Part shown: in pieces, positions 28,425 through 38,712 of the stretch
How the letters are laid out: each line of letters opens with the position of its first letter
How positions within the stretch are numbered: the stretch's first letter is position 1
NCBI GenBank assembly: GCA_963819815.1
Contig: CAWFXL010000001.1
Location: 288,001 to 352,000 of the forward strand
Reading direction: 5' to 3'
Length of the DNA stretch: 64,000 nt
Source: an uncultured bacterium
GTDB taxonomy: Bacteria; Babelota; Babeliae; Babelales; Babelaceae
The notes under the pieces: model-generated
Told to the model about the DNA's origin: nothing
The model's input: the letters and a program-made list of their open reading frames with translations, nothing else
Database searches by the model: none
Made by a program: the position numbers and the translations under genes

Positions 28425-31283
28425 ATGAAAAGGATACTCTATCTGTGCGTAGTAAGTATTACTGCACACTGTTATGCAGAAAGAGCTGTACCAAAAGAGC
28501 GAGAAACATTGCTGAGCTTACTTGAAGAAATTCCACCAGCGCCTATTCCAAAGACACTGCAACCAGAAATAAGTGCGCCCGCCATTACCCAAGAAAAAAT
28601 TGAAAAACAGCCCAAGCAACCCGAGTTATCAGAACTACCAAAGCAAGTCATTTCTCCTGTTTCTCCTGAAACAAGTACTCGACGAGAAGTACCTCAAGAA
28701 CTCACACCTCTCGTATCCCCACCGGTGACTGACATAGCGCCTAACGTGATGCCTTACGAAGGATCTTCCGCTGCGAGTACAGCACTAGTTAGCGTGGCAG
28801 AGGATGCAATAAAAGTAGCCATACAGCCAGAAGTTGTTAAGATTCAAACTTTCGCTGCATTTGACAAGCCTCTTGAAGTTACGGAATCGCGTGTTAAGAA
28901 TGCATTAGAGCAAACTCCTCTGACATCTGGAGAACCTTTAGCGCTACTACAGGAACCTGCTTCCACACATCAACTTCAGTCCATTGCCCCAATTGAGGCA
29001 GGAGTTGCTCCACACGAAATTCCTCAGATAGCAATGCAGGTAGCACCTCAAGAAGTATCTAAGGTAGAAAAGGCAGAAAGTGCAGTACCAGTACGTGCCG
29101 AAAAGCTCGTACCTGAGGTACCTACAGCAACTGAAACTGCTACCATTCAAGCAGCGGTTGGTGAACCTCTTGGAGCTAACATGTTGGTGCCTCAATATCA
29201 ACACGTTTCCCCACCATCTCAAGAACCATTAGCAACACCTACTTTGGAAAAAGAAGAGTTAGCAAAAGTCCCTCTTATGAACGCTGTAGAAAGGGGCTCT
29301 CTAGAACGAGTAAAAGAACTTCTTGAAACAGGAGCTGAAGTGAATCTTACCGATGCTGAGGGTAGGACGGCACTTATGAGCGCTACAGAAAGGGGCAATC
29401 TTGAGATTGCTCGTCTCTTACTGAAGGCCGGTGCACAGGTGGGGTTGCAAGATACAGAAGGAACTTCTGCCTTGGTCATTGCGACAGTGATAGGCAATAA
29501 AACGCTCTTTGATCTGTTGTTGGCATTCGGTGCTGATGTACATCAAAAAGATACTGGGGGTGTCTCAGTTCTTATGAAGGCAGTTGAGCAAGGGTCATTA
29601 GATGGTATAGAGTGGCTTGTGAAAGCTGGTGCTCAAGTTAATGCAGCTGACGAACAAGGAAAAACTGCACTTATCATAGCATTAGAAGTAGGTGACCATG
29701 AAGCTTCTGAAGCTTTGCTCAAAGCGGGTGCTTTGCTGAACCAAGCAGATATGTATGGTACAACACCTCTTATGATAGCCGTTGAAAACAATGATGCCGA
29801 CATGGTAAAGCTCTTACTTAAATCTGGTGCACAGATTGGGTTACAAGATGCGCTTGAGAGATCAGCGCTTACCCAAGCGGTACTGCGCCATAATAAAGCT
29901 ATGATTGACCTACTTATGCAAGCAGGAGCTGATATAAATCAACAGGATACTCAGGGAAATACACCCCTCATGCATGCCATTATAAGTGGCGCTAAAGAGG
30001 GCGCTGAGCTTCTCATTGCTGCAAAAGCTCACTTGAACAAAGCAAACCATCAAGGAGAAACGCCTCTCATCCGTGCAGTGAAACAGGGGCAGCCTGAACT
30101 TGTACAGGTACTCTTACGCGCTGGTGCTGACATGGCAGTACTTGATACTACCAACAGGACAGCCCTTGACTATGCAGTATTACAGGCACATCGCCCTATA
30201 TTTGATCTGCTTATTCAAGCGGGAGCACCGCTTCATCAAAAAGATGCTCATGGAGAAACCATTCTTATGCGCACTGCTGAAGCTGGTTTAAAGGAGGGGG
30301 TTGAACTTCTTTTACAAGCAGGTGCTCGAATACATGAAGTGGATACCGAAGGCAGAACGGTGCTTATGAAGGCTCTCAGTAATGGCTCCCAAGAGCTTAT
30401 TAAAATGCTTATTGCCGGAGGCTGCTTAGTAAATCAGACGGACAATGAAGGCAAAACGGCGCTTATAATTGCTACCCAAGAGGGTAATGTTGAGACAGTT
30501 CGCCTTCTCATTAAAGAGGGTGCTTTGATTGGCCACCAAGATCATCGGGGACGATCAGCTTTAACCTATGCAGCTTTACAAAATCATCCTGCTATCTTTG
30601 ATGTTCTTATACAAGCACGAGCTGATGTGAATCAAAAAGATGCCACTGGAAAATCAGTACTCATGCATGTCATACAAGAAGGATCTAAAGAGGGGCTAGA
30701 GCTTCTCATTAAAGCTAAGGCAGACGTCAATCAAAAAGATGCACATGGCACAACGGCACTCATGCTCGCTGCTGAAAAATTCCCCGAAGCTGTTTCCTTG
30801 CTTATTAAAGCTGGTGCAGACGTACGCGCACAAGATAACTTAGGATATTCAGCGCTTACTCATGCTGTACTCAAGCGTAACAAAGAGGCCTTTGATCTTC
30901 TTATACAGGGAGGAGCTGACGTACATCAAACAGATACCCATGGTAAAACTGCCCTTATGAGAGCAGTTGAAAAAGGTACGAAAGAGGGTATTGAAATGCT
31001 TCTTGCTGCCGGAGCACAGGTTGACCAAGCGGATACGTATGGAAGAACAGCTCTTACTCTAGCCAAAGAACGGGGCGCTCTAGAGCTTGCAAGCATTCTC
31101 CAAAAAGCTGCTCCAAAAAACGACTTGCAAGAAAGTACACCAAAGGTTGAAGACCTTCCTGTTCGTGATGAGACATCACGCTTTAATGATAAGTTTTCTT
31201 TAGAGCTTGAGAGCAATGAGGGCCCCATTCAGTTGGCGGCCTTAAGCGATGTTCTAGAAACTTTTCCAACTCGTTATATTTGA
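28425..31283 (+). CDS. Large secreted ankyrin-repeat protein with Pro/Glu-rich N-terminal stalk
   Basis: Signal peptide, ~260-aa low-complexity region and about 19 33-aa repeats (GxTALM.A...G....V.LLL.AGA). Confidence 0.93.
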   Translation: MKRILYLCVVSITAHCYAERAVPKERETLLSLLEEIPPAPIPKTLQPEISAPAITQEKIEKQPKQPELSELPKQVISPVSPETSTRREVPQELTPLVSPPVTDIAPNVMPYEGSSAASTALVSVAEDAIKVAIQPEVVKIQTFAAFDKPLEVTESRVKNALEQTPLTSGEPLALLQEPASTHQLQSIAPIEAGVAPHEIPQIAMQVAPQEVSKVEKAESAVPVRAEKLVPEVPTATETATIQAAVGEPLGANMLVPQYQHVSPPSQEPLATPTLEKEELAKVPLMNAVERGSLERVKELLETGAEVNLTDAEGRTALMSATERGNLEIARLLLKAGAQVGLQDTEGTSALVIATVIGNKTLFDLLLAFGADVHQKDTGGVSVLMKAVEQGSLDGIEWLVKAGAQVNAADEQGKTALIIALEVGDHEASEALLKAGALLNQADMYGTTPLMIAVENNDADMVKLLLKSGAQIGLQDALERSALTQAVLRHNKAMIDLLMQAGADINQQDTQGNTPLMHAIISGAKEGAELLIAAKAHLNKANHQGETPLIRAVKQGQPELVQVLLRAGADMAVLDTTNRTALDYAVLQAHRPIFDLLIQAGAPLHQKDAHGETILMRTAEAGLKEGVELLLQAGARIHEVDTEGRTVLMKALSNGSQELIKMLIAGGCLVNQTDNEGKTALIIATQEGNVETVRLLIKEGALIGHQDHRGRSALTYAALQNHPAIFDVLIQARADVNQKDATGKSVLMHVIQEGSKEGLELLIKAKADVNQKDAHGTTALMLAAEKFPEAVSLLIKAGADVRAQDNLGYSALTHAVLKRNKEAFDLLIQGGADVHQTDTHGKTALMRAVEKGTKEGIEMLLAAGAQVDQADTYGRTALTLAKERGALELASILQKAAPKNDLQESTPKVEDLPVRDETSRFNDKFSLELESNEGPIQLAALSDVLETFPTRYI

Positions 31284-31416
31284 GAGTGGTCGTGACTAGG
31301 GGAAAACAAGAGCCTCGTTATGCCTAGTTAAAAAAATTGAAAAAAATACCATTATTGCTATGCTGTGATCAACATCAATGGCTGTTCACTTACTACTATT
31401 CATTAGGAAAGAATCT

Positions 31417-32747
31417 ATGAAAATGTTCTATCATAAGGTCCTCGCGTTTACGCTGAGTTGCTCAGTTTTTTCCCTATGCGCTTCTGAAAGTCTTTATAAA
31501 GAAGTTCTGAGTGCTACACCCATACGAGAAAGCATTCCCGCTCATGATATAGTTCTCTCAAAAAAGCTTACGAATTTAATAGTGCGTCAGCAGTTCTTCA
31601 AAGAATACAGGGTAATGAGTATGTTAATTCTGTCTCATTTAATAAAGACGGTTCGCTGATTTTCATTGGATCAGGTAACACAATCAGAACATTGTTTGCG
31701 GATGATGGGGCCCTCATAACTGAAATTCAAAACGGTAGCGGTGTTGAAACAGTTTCATTGAGCCAGGATGAATTCCACATTCTTGTAGGTTCGTGCGATT
31801 CAAAAGCAAGGCTTTGGAATGCTTTCGACGGTACCTTAAAGTTGGAGTTTCCTCATGAAAAAGGTCATGTGTTTGCTACCTTTAGCCCCGATGGTGAACG
31901 GGTTCTTACAGGATCACATGATGGTACCGTTAAGATGTGGAATGCAAACACCGGTAAACTCATTTGGTTGTATCGTGATACTAAAACTGTTCCACAAATT
32001 GTCTACAGTCTCTATGGCAACCAAACGGTTGTGGACGCAGTTCCCGGATTCCTCTCAATTGCCTATAGCCCTGATAGCACTTGTGTACTCGCAGGTACAG
32101 CCGATGGTCGAGCTCTCGAATTACATCCCAATACCGGCAAACTAGTGCGCGAGATTACCCATGACGACTTTAGACAAGTTTGGGTGGTAGGTTTTAGTCC
32201 TGACAGTAAGCAACTACTTTCAGGAGGCGGTGATGGCATCGTTAAGCTTTGGGACCGAGAAACGGGTGAAGAAGGTATTAATCTAGTTCATCGGAATCGT
32301 GTAACAGGACGAGCCGATGTAACATCAGCCTGTTATAGTCCCGATGGTAGCTATATTCTTACCGGATCAGTCAATAAAAAGGCAACGTTATGGAATGCAA
32401 AAACGGGCGCCGAGATGCAAGCTTTTTCAATCGATGCGGTATTATATGATGTTGCATTTAGTAACGATGGAACAAAGATACTTGGAGGGTCGAGCGGTAC
32501 AACCGCAACTCTCTGGGATCTCTTTATGGCGCAAGCAAATATCGACCAAGCTGAGTTACTTAAAGCATTTAGCGTAGCGTCATTTAATGAAGACTCTGAC
32601 TCAGTTGGACGTATACATGCTAACCATGCGCAAGGGCGGACTTTTAACTCGTTTCCTACCTATTTGAAAGATAGATTACAGCGACGTATTAAGGCGCCCG
32701 ATAAACGCTACCAAAAAGGCGTCCTCATCGATCAGCTTGAAGACTAA
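31417..32747 (+). pseudogene. Secreted WD40-repeat protein split by a single frameshift near 31605
   Basis: Signal-peptide ORF joins the frame IQGNEYVNSVSFNKDGSLIFIGS... if one A is added at gaa(a)tacag. WD40 motifs FSPDG..VLTGS.DGTVKMWN. Confidence 0.8.
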
Positions 32748-32782
32748 TTTCCTTATTGGAGCATAGAGCTCAGATAGAGGGC

Positions 32783-34064
32783 CTAAAAGCTTTTTAAGCT
32801 CGTTACATGTGAGAGAGCAAAGGTAAGTCTGGTCCCCAATATGCGCTGTATACCGGGCCCAAAGGTGAAATGTCGGTACGGATTAAAAAATTCATCTAGC
32901 TCTGAACGGCCATCTAATAGCACATCTGCTGCATATGATCCTAGTGCCGCTGCCCAAGGAAGTCCCGCTGCCGCAGCAACATAATACCGAGATGCATCAT
33001 GAGTATCGCGTCCTGCAAGTGGCATAATATCTTTGCTTACTCCAATAAGACCTGGCCACATATACCTAAATTGAGGCTTCACTTGGGGAAATTTTGCCGC
33101 CCAGTAGGAGGTAAGCTTAGCATACATAGTGGTGTTATCATGATGAGCCTTAGATGCATACGTCTGTGTAAGTGTAGCGCCCCCCAGTAACATTCTATTA
33201 TCTCTGGTAATGCGATAATATTGGTAAAGAAGATCAGTGTCCCAGATCATATAGGGTTTCTGTGGAAAGATTGATGCTCTTTCTCGATCGGTGAGCTGAT
33301 CTGAGGCCATAAGAAACGTTTGTACATGGTAGATCTCTGTACTCAAAGCTCCAAGATCAGGCGTAAAACGATCCATGCACAACACGACATACTGTGCTTT
33401 AACCTGAGCATACGGAGTAATCACCAGCTGTTTCTTAAGCTCAAGAGCAGGCGTTTCTTCATAGATCATTACCGACTGGTCGGTGAGTGTCTTTTTGAGT
33501 GCTTGCAGATACTGGTAGCCATTGATCCCAAAGGTATCGCCATAGCTTATTCCACCGTGATAGTGTTCTGAATTAAGAACTCCAGAAAGATCGGGATAGA
33601 GGACGGTGTCATACCCTAAGTGCATGCGGGCAGTATATTCAGGCACGAGGATTTTTTCATAATCTTGCTTTGTCGAAGCAACAACCAACGTATCCTGGAC
33701 TGCATAATTGCATGCTATCTCGTAGTTTTCTATAGTATGCTTGATATGGGTAACTCCAGAAATTACAAACTCCCATAAGAGTCGTGCTTCTCACAGGGCC
33801 ATATCGTTCAACGAATGAGCCTAGGGAGAATTCAGAATCTGGAGTAATGAACCCAGAGCTTTTACCACTTGCTCCAGCTCCACAAAAGCTTTTTTCAAGT
33901 ACGATGACTGAGCAGCCCTTTTTTGCAAATGCTTGTGCAGCAGTAAGTCCGGCCATCCCACCACCAATAATTACAACGTCAGCAGATACATCAGATCGTA
34001 ACTGCTTAATGTGATGAGGAGGTAAATACCACAATACCTCATCTAAGGGTGAGTATAATCCCAT
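32783..34064 (-). pseudogene. FAD-dependent oxidoreductase (DAO/PuuB-like) split by a frameshift near 33790
   Basis: DVVIIGGGMAGLTAA...GAGASGKSSGF in the first frame. The downstream frame reads EARLLWEFVISGV...LVVASTKQD from ~33790. Confidence 0.85.
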
Positions 34065-34263
34065 AGAGAACCTCTTAATCGATAGGAATCATCTTAATGA
34101 GCATATACGAAGCGCACGAGTAGGTGCAAGGATTTTGTGTGAGGCAATCTGGTGCTTACTATAAAAATAATGAAAAGTGTATAGATGCTTTAATTCATGT
34201 CCAAGCACAACCCTTATTCAATTCTCCAAGAGAGTATTGTGTTGCTGGCAAAAAAAAGCTATC

Positions 34264-34302
34264 ATGTGTCCAAACTATCAAAAAATGACAGTTAAGGCAC
34301 AT
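34264..34302. promoter_or_regulatory. Imperfect inverted repeat, probable AbiEi autoregulatory operator
   Basis: TGTGTCCAAACTATCA-5 nt-TGACAGTTAAGGCACA (12/16 match) between -10-like TATCAT and the start codon. Confidence 0.5.
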
Positions 34303-34305
34303 GGC

Positions 34306-35109
34306 ATGTTTTCCGATTATCTTAAAAAAGTTCGTGCAAATGGGAGAGTGTATTTCACTCTCGAGCAAGCTTTTACGGATCTAAATGTAACTAAGGCTAG
34401 TCTATATGCTGCCGTTTCACGCTATAAAAAACGTGGAGAGCTTATCAGTCCCGCAAAGGGATTATACGTGATTATTCCGCCGGAATACAAAAGCTTAGGT
34501 TGCTTGCCAGCTGAGGAATTAGTTCCTATACTTATGGCGTACCTTAAAGTCACCTATTATGCAGGGCTCTTAACCGCCGCTTCCTACTATGGTGCATCTC
34601 ATCAGAAACCTGGAGCCTTTCAAGTTGTCTTAAGTAAGCGATTTAAGGATAATTTACATTTTGGGATGGTTCGTATAGATTTTATTTATAAAAAGATCCT
34701 TTCAAACCTACCCATCAAGAAAATTACTGTTACAACAGGATATCTATCTATCTCCTCACCGGAGGTAACCGCAATGGACCTATTTCTTTACCCGCACGAA
34801 AGTGGCGGTATCAATCATTCTGCTACCGTATTATCTGAGCTCGTTGAAGCACTTGACCCAAATGAACTTATTGTACTCGCAAAAAACTCGCGACAATATG
34901 CATGGGTGCAACGCTTGGGCTATGTGCTTGAGCATATTGATTCTCTCGTACCTGAGCATCAAAAAGTTATTATCGATACGTTAGCTCGATATATAGCATC
35001 AAAAGATTTTAAGTATATTCGTCTGGAATCAGGTTTACCAACAAAGGGATGCGCGCGATCTAAGAGGTGGAAAATTATTGAAAACACCACTGTAGAAAGT
35101 GACTTATGA
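34306..35109 (+). CDS. abiEi: Type IV TA system antitoxin, AbiEi family
   Basis: N-terminal wHTH (FTLEQA...KGLYVIIPPEY), YYAGLLTAASYYGASHQ, SSPEVTAMDL and QRLGYVLE; start codon uncertain. Confidence 0.88.
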   Translation: MFSDYLKKVRANGRVYFTLEQAFTDLNVTKASLYAAVSRYKKRGELISPAKGLYVIIPPEYKSLGCLPAEELVPILMAYLKVTYYAGLLTAASYYGASHQKPGAFQVVLSKRFKDNLHFGMVRIDFIYKKILSNLPIKKITVTTGYLSISSPEVTAMDLFLYPHESGGINHSATVLSELVEALDPNELIVLAKNSRQYAWVQRLGYVLEHIDSLVPEHQKVIIDTLARYIASKDFKYIRLESGLPTKGCARSKRWKIIENTTVESDL

Positions 35110-35894
35110 TTTCACAAAATTTTATTGAGTCATGGAAAGCGTATGCTCCATGGCAAGAATTAGCTATGGTCGAGCAGGACCTTATTATTAAAAGAGCTCT
35201 TATCGAAATGTACCAAACTACGATAGTTAATAAGGCCTTAGTATTTCGAGGTGGTACAGCTCTTAATACGCTATACCTATCTCCTGCACTTAGATATAGT
35301 GAAGACCTTGATTTCGTGCAACTCAGAGCCGAACCGATTGGGGATACTTTGAATGCTATTCGAGATAAGTTGGATACTTGGCTTGGAGAACCACTTTGGA
35401 AAAAGACTCCCCAGAGTGTTAAGCTTATCTATCGCTACACGTCGATCAACAATAAACCGATGCGACTTAAAATCGAGATAAATACACGCGAGCACTTCCA
35501 AGTGCAAGATCTTCATTACAAGATATTTTCAATGAATAACGAATGGTACAGTGGGTTTGCGACCATAACAACGTATTCATTGGAAGAGCTCATGGCCACA
35601 AAAATACGCGCGCTATTTCAACGAAGGAAAGCAAGGGATCTCTTTGATGTGCATCAAATTTTTAGTGAGGGTCAGGCTGATTTAGAGCTTAGTCTTGCCA
35701 TATTTCATAGATACTGCGCACATGAAGGTACCCAAATTAGCGGAAAAATATTTGAGCAAAATATGAAACAAAAGCGTGCCCATAAAGACTTTCAAACGGA
35801 CATGATAAAGCTGTTACCAGCAACAGCGAGTAACTGGGACTTTGAGGAAGCTTTTGAATTTGTACAAAAAAGTATTATTTCAAAAATTCCTTAA
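35106..35894 (+). CDS. abiEii: Type IV TA toxin, AbiEii nucleotidyltransferase
   Basis: LVFRGGTAL...RYSEDLDF, KIEIN and KIRALFQRRKARDLFD; ATGA overlap with the antitoxin. Confidence 0.92.
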   Translation: MISQNFIESWKAYAPWQELAMVEQDLIIKRALIEMYQTTIVNKALVFRGGTALNTLYLSPALRYSEDLDFVQLRAEPIGDTLNAIRDKLDTWLGEPLWKKTPQSVKLIYRYTSINNKPMRLKIEINTREHFQVQDLHYKIFSMNNEWYSGFATITTYSLEELMATKIRALFQRRKARDLFDVHQIFSEGQADLELSLAIFHRYCAHEGTQISGKIFEQNMKQKRAHKDFQTDMIKLLPATASNWDFEEAFEFVQKSIISKIP

Positions 35895-36008
35895 CTAATA
35901 CGACAATCTGAGAAGGTTTAGAATAAGGATCATAGTTACTGCCTAAGCTCATATGACCCCGATATTCTAACCTGCTTTCTCTATCTTAAGCGCCTATGAA
36001 ACAAACTT

Positions 36009-37007
36009 TCACTTCCAGAAAGCCTTATATATCATAGCTCCCTCAGCATTGTTGACATCCATAACAGATAGTTGCTTAATGCCCAATCCCTTCATAAATC
36101 CAAGAACCAGCAGGGCATTAGAAACTTCAATACAAGCATAATCACCACCACCTAATTCATCATCCTTCTTACCAATAAGTGAGTCAACGACTGACTCAAG
36201 CTCCTGGGTGGTGAATGAATCTTTTTTATTCATAAGAACAAAAAGACCTTTTCCAAGCACGCTGCCAACACCTACGAGGCTAGTGCCTGATTGGTACAAT
36301 TTATTTTTAAGAATAGGGTGAACCTTTGTGGAAAGCTTAGAAGCATGTTCTACCGCCGCATGAGCATGGACAGAAGATAGTGGATTAGGACTTTTACAAT
36401 CTTTTAGATCCTTCCTTTGGATGGATGAAATGATATGATCTCTAAATGGTCCCGATCCCTCATTACTTGCGTCGATTATATAGAACCCATCCTGAGTCGT
36501 TCCCACAAGTTGTGTACTTCCACCACCAATGTCCCACATAATAAGATGATTAGCGTCTACCTCTGCTTTTGCCAAAACTGAATGAAATGCTAACTTACCT
36601 TCAAGATCTTGATCTAAGATATGTACTGGCAAACCGGTTTCTTTCAGGATCTTGGAGGCAAACTCATTACCATTAATCGCATTACGAAATACCGATGTTC
36701 CGATGAGGACAATTCCTTCAGCTCCGTGGGATTTTGCTAAATCAATAGCATTCTTGATTGCCACGAGGCCTTTTAGCATGATTTCAGGGCTCAGCGTTCT
36801 GCTCTGGGCTATACTTTCGTAGAATATGACAGGGTACTGCTCACTGTGTACTAGCTTGACCTTGCTTATAGTCAAATCCACTTCCGCAACTCGAAGCTTC
36901 GGCCCTCCGGATCCTATATCGATAGCAGCACGAATTACCTGCGCTTCTTGCGCCTGTGAGAGAGAAAAGCAACTAATACACAGTAAGATTTTGATGAATA
37001 CATTCAT
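36009..37007 (-). CDS. Ppx/GppA-family (ASKHA) phosphatase with signal peptide
   Basis: AAIDIGSG, GTSVFRNAING, EGKLAF and DIGGGSTQ; N-terminus MNVFIKILLCISCFSLSQA. Confidence 0.88.
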   Translation of the reverse strand: MNVFIKILLCISCFSLSQAQEAQVIRAAIDIGSGGPKLRVAEVDLTISKVKLVHSEQYPVIFYESIAQSRTLSPEIMLKGLVAIKNAIDLAKSHGAEGIVLIGTSVFRNAINGNEFASKILKETGLPVHILDQDLEGKLAFHSVLAKAEVDANHLIMWDIGGGSTQLVGTTQDGFYIIDASNEGSGPFRDHIISSIQRKDLKDCKSPNPLSSVHAHAAVEHASKLSTKVHPILKNKLYQSGTSLVGVGSVLGKGLFVLMNKKDSFTTQELESVVDSLIGKKDDELGGGDYACIEVSNALLVLGFMKGLGIKQLSVMDVNNAEGAMIYKAFWK

Positions 37008-37094
37008 GGTTTCTCCAAGCTCGGAAGATTTTTTTTGCTCTAAGTGTACTTGATACAAGGCTGAGCTCAAGTATTTTTCGGCAAAAAAGCGATT

Positions 37095-37234
37095 TTTTTC
37101 CGCCCTTATCTCTGGATTTTGATGTGGCGAAATCTATTTTTAACCAGGGCATAATTTTAATTTGTTTGACTGGGAAGGCTAAACGCAGGCAAAAGATTCC
37201 GCCTCCATCTCCTCACTTTGATGCGGCGAAATCT
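37095..37234. repeat. Two ~40-bp units 99 bp apart, each an inverted pair of AGATTYCGCC-like sites
   Basis: TTTGATG(T/C)GGCGAAATCT at 37118 and 37217; TTCCGCC at 37098 and 37197. Confidence 0.65.
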
Positions 37235-37389
37235 TTCTAAATCGCAATCTTAAGTAGTCTACTTTGGTCCGCATGAATTGTTTTAAACCATCTAGAAATC
37301 AATCAACTTGTGCAAGCTAACTTGCATTTACCCAACTCTTTGGTACTCTTTCATGCACATCTTAACAACCTCTAAAAAAGGAGACTCTT

Positions 37390-38058
37390 ATGTTAGAAGC
37401 CTATCAACAACACATGCGAAAATATGTTACCGAAGCGTTGGGAACTTTTTTTCTTGTATTCACTATCGGTTGCTGCACAATGTTTGGAGCCTCTACCGGC
37501 ATTGCGGCTGCAGTTATCCTAGCTGCTTTTGTCTATGCTGGGGCACCCCTATCAGGTGGTCACTATAATCCAGCGGTATCTCTTGGTGTATGGATGCGAG
37601 GACAACTGAACACTCTATCGGTACTTCCCTATATGCTTGCTCAATCACTAGGCGCAGTTATAGCGGCAGTTCTTGTTCGCTTTCTGATCGCCCAAAATGA
37701 AATCATTCTTGAGCTTCTGCAAAGAAAGCTTCAATTTCCAAGCCCATTTTTGTCACATCATATGCTCTTGGTCGAATTTCTCTTTACCTTTGCATTGGTG
37801 TTTGTCGTCCTTCAAGTAGCAACAAGTCCAGCAAGCCGTGGTAACTCCTACTTTGGAGTAGCGATCGGGTTTACGCTCCTTGCAGGAATTCTTGCAGTAG
37901 GAGCTGTATCAGGAGCAGCACTCAATCCTGCTGTTGCCTTGAGTTTGCCAATTATGGGACTTACTGCATGGTCGAATTTATGGGTTTATTTTGTGGCTAA
38001 TTTTGCGGGGGGAGCTGCAGCAGCTTGGATGTACGATTATTTAAATCCCCAAGCATAA
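37390..38058 (+). CDS. Aquaporin (MIP family)
   Basis: SGGHYNPAVS and GAALNPAV (two NPA motifs); 6 TM. Confidence 0.95.
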   Translation: MLEAYQQHMRKYVTEALGTFFLVFTIGCCTMFGASTGIAAAVILAAFVYAGAPLSGGHYNPAVSLGVWMRGQLNTLSVLPYMLAQSLGAVIAAVLVRFLIAQNEIILELLQRKLQFPSPFLSHHMLLVEFLFTFALVFVVLQVATSPASRGNSYFGVAIGFTLLAGILAVGAVSGAALNPAVALSLPIMGLTAWSNLWVYFVANFAGGAAAAWMYDYLNPQA

Positions 38059-38061
38059 ATT

Positions 38062-38490
38062 TCATTCTTCAAATTTCTTATGGCGGAGCCGTTTAATACT
38101 GCTCCGCTCTTTTTTTTCATGCATGCGGGATTCTTTTACGCTTTTTGAAACAGTCGATTTGAGGCGTTTTTTCGGTTTTTTTAACGCTGCTTTGATACGC
38201 TTTGCTAACTCTTTGAGAGCCTTCTCTTTGTTGATAAACTGACTGCGAGATTCACTTTGGTTTATAAGGATATCACCATGCTCAGTGATCTCACTTTTGA
38301 GGTTAGTCATTACCAGCCTCTTTTGCTCTTCAGTCAGTGCCTGAGTTTCCTTTACATTCCAACGCACCGTGATTCGAGAGCTCACTTTATTTACATTTTG
38401 ACCACCGGGACCACTGGCTCTACTAGCTGTTATTTCAAGCTCATTGCCAGGAATCGTAATGCCATCTTGTACTAGTACATCTTCTTTCAT
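38062..38490 (-). CDS. arfB: Alternative ribosome rescue peptidyl-tRNA hydrolase
   Basis: SRASGPGGQNVNKVSS, RSQFINK and basic C-terminal tail. Confidence 0.94.
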   Translation of the reverse strand: MKEDVLVQDGITIPGNELEITASRASGPGGQNVNKVSSRITVRWNVKETQALTEEQKRLVMTNLKSEITEHGDILINQSESRSQFINKEKALKELAKRIKAALKKPKKRLKSTVSKSVKESRMHEKKERSSIKRLRHKKFEE

Positions 38491-38712
38491 CGTCTTCTTT
38501 CTGCCGCATGGTGTCTTCTGCTAGGATATCCCAAAGACACAAGCAATGACAATAGTTTATGGCTTATGCCTAGCGACTGAGTTACCCAAGGCCGATGATC
38601 TTAAGCTTTCAGGTGATAGTCTACCCTCCGAGTTAGATCCATTGCAATTTCGTTGGTAAGTATGGTAAAGATACATAGACGAATATACACACAAAAAGAA
38701 GTCAGGAAGACG

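Noticed and set aside
38560..38700. Moco/Wco riboswitch upstream of the ModB-like gene
   Set aside because: Only CTCCGAG resembles the motif; the downstream conserved elements were not found.
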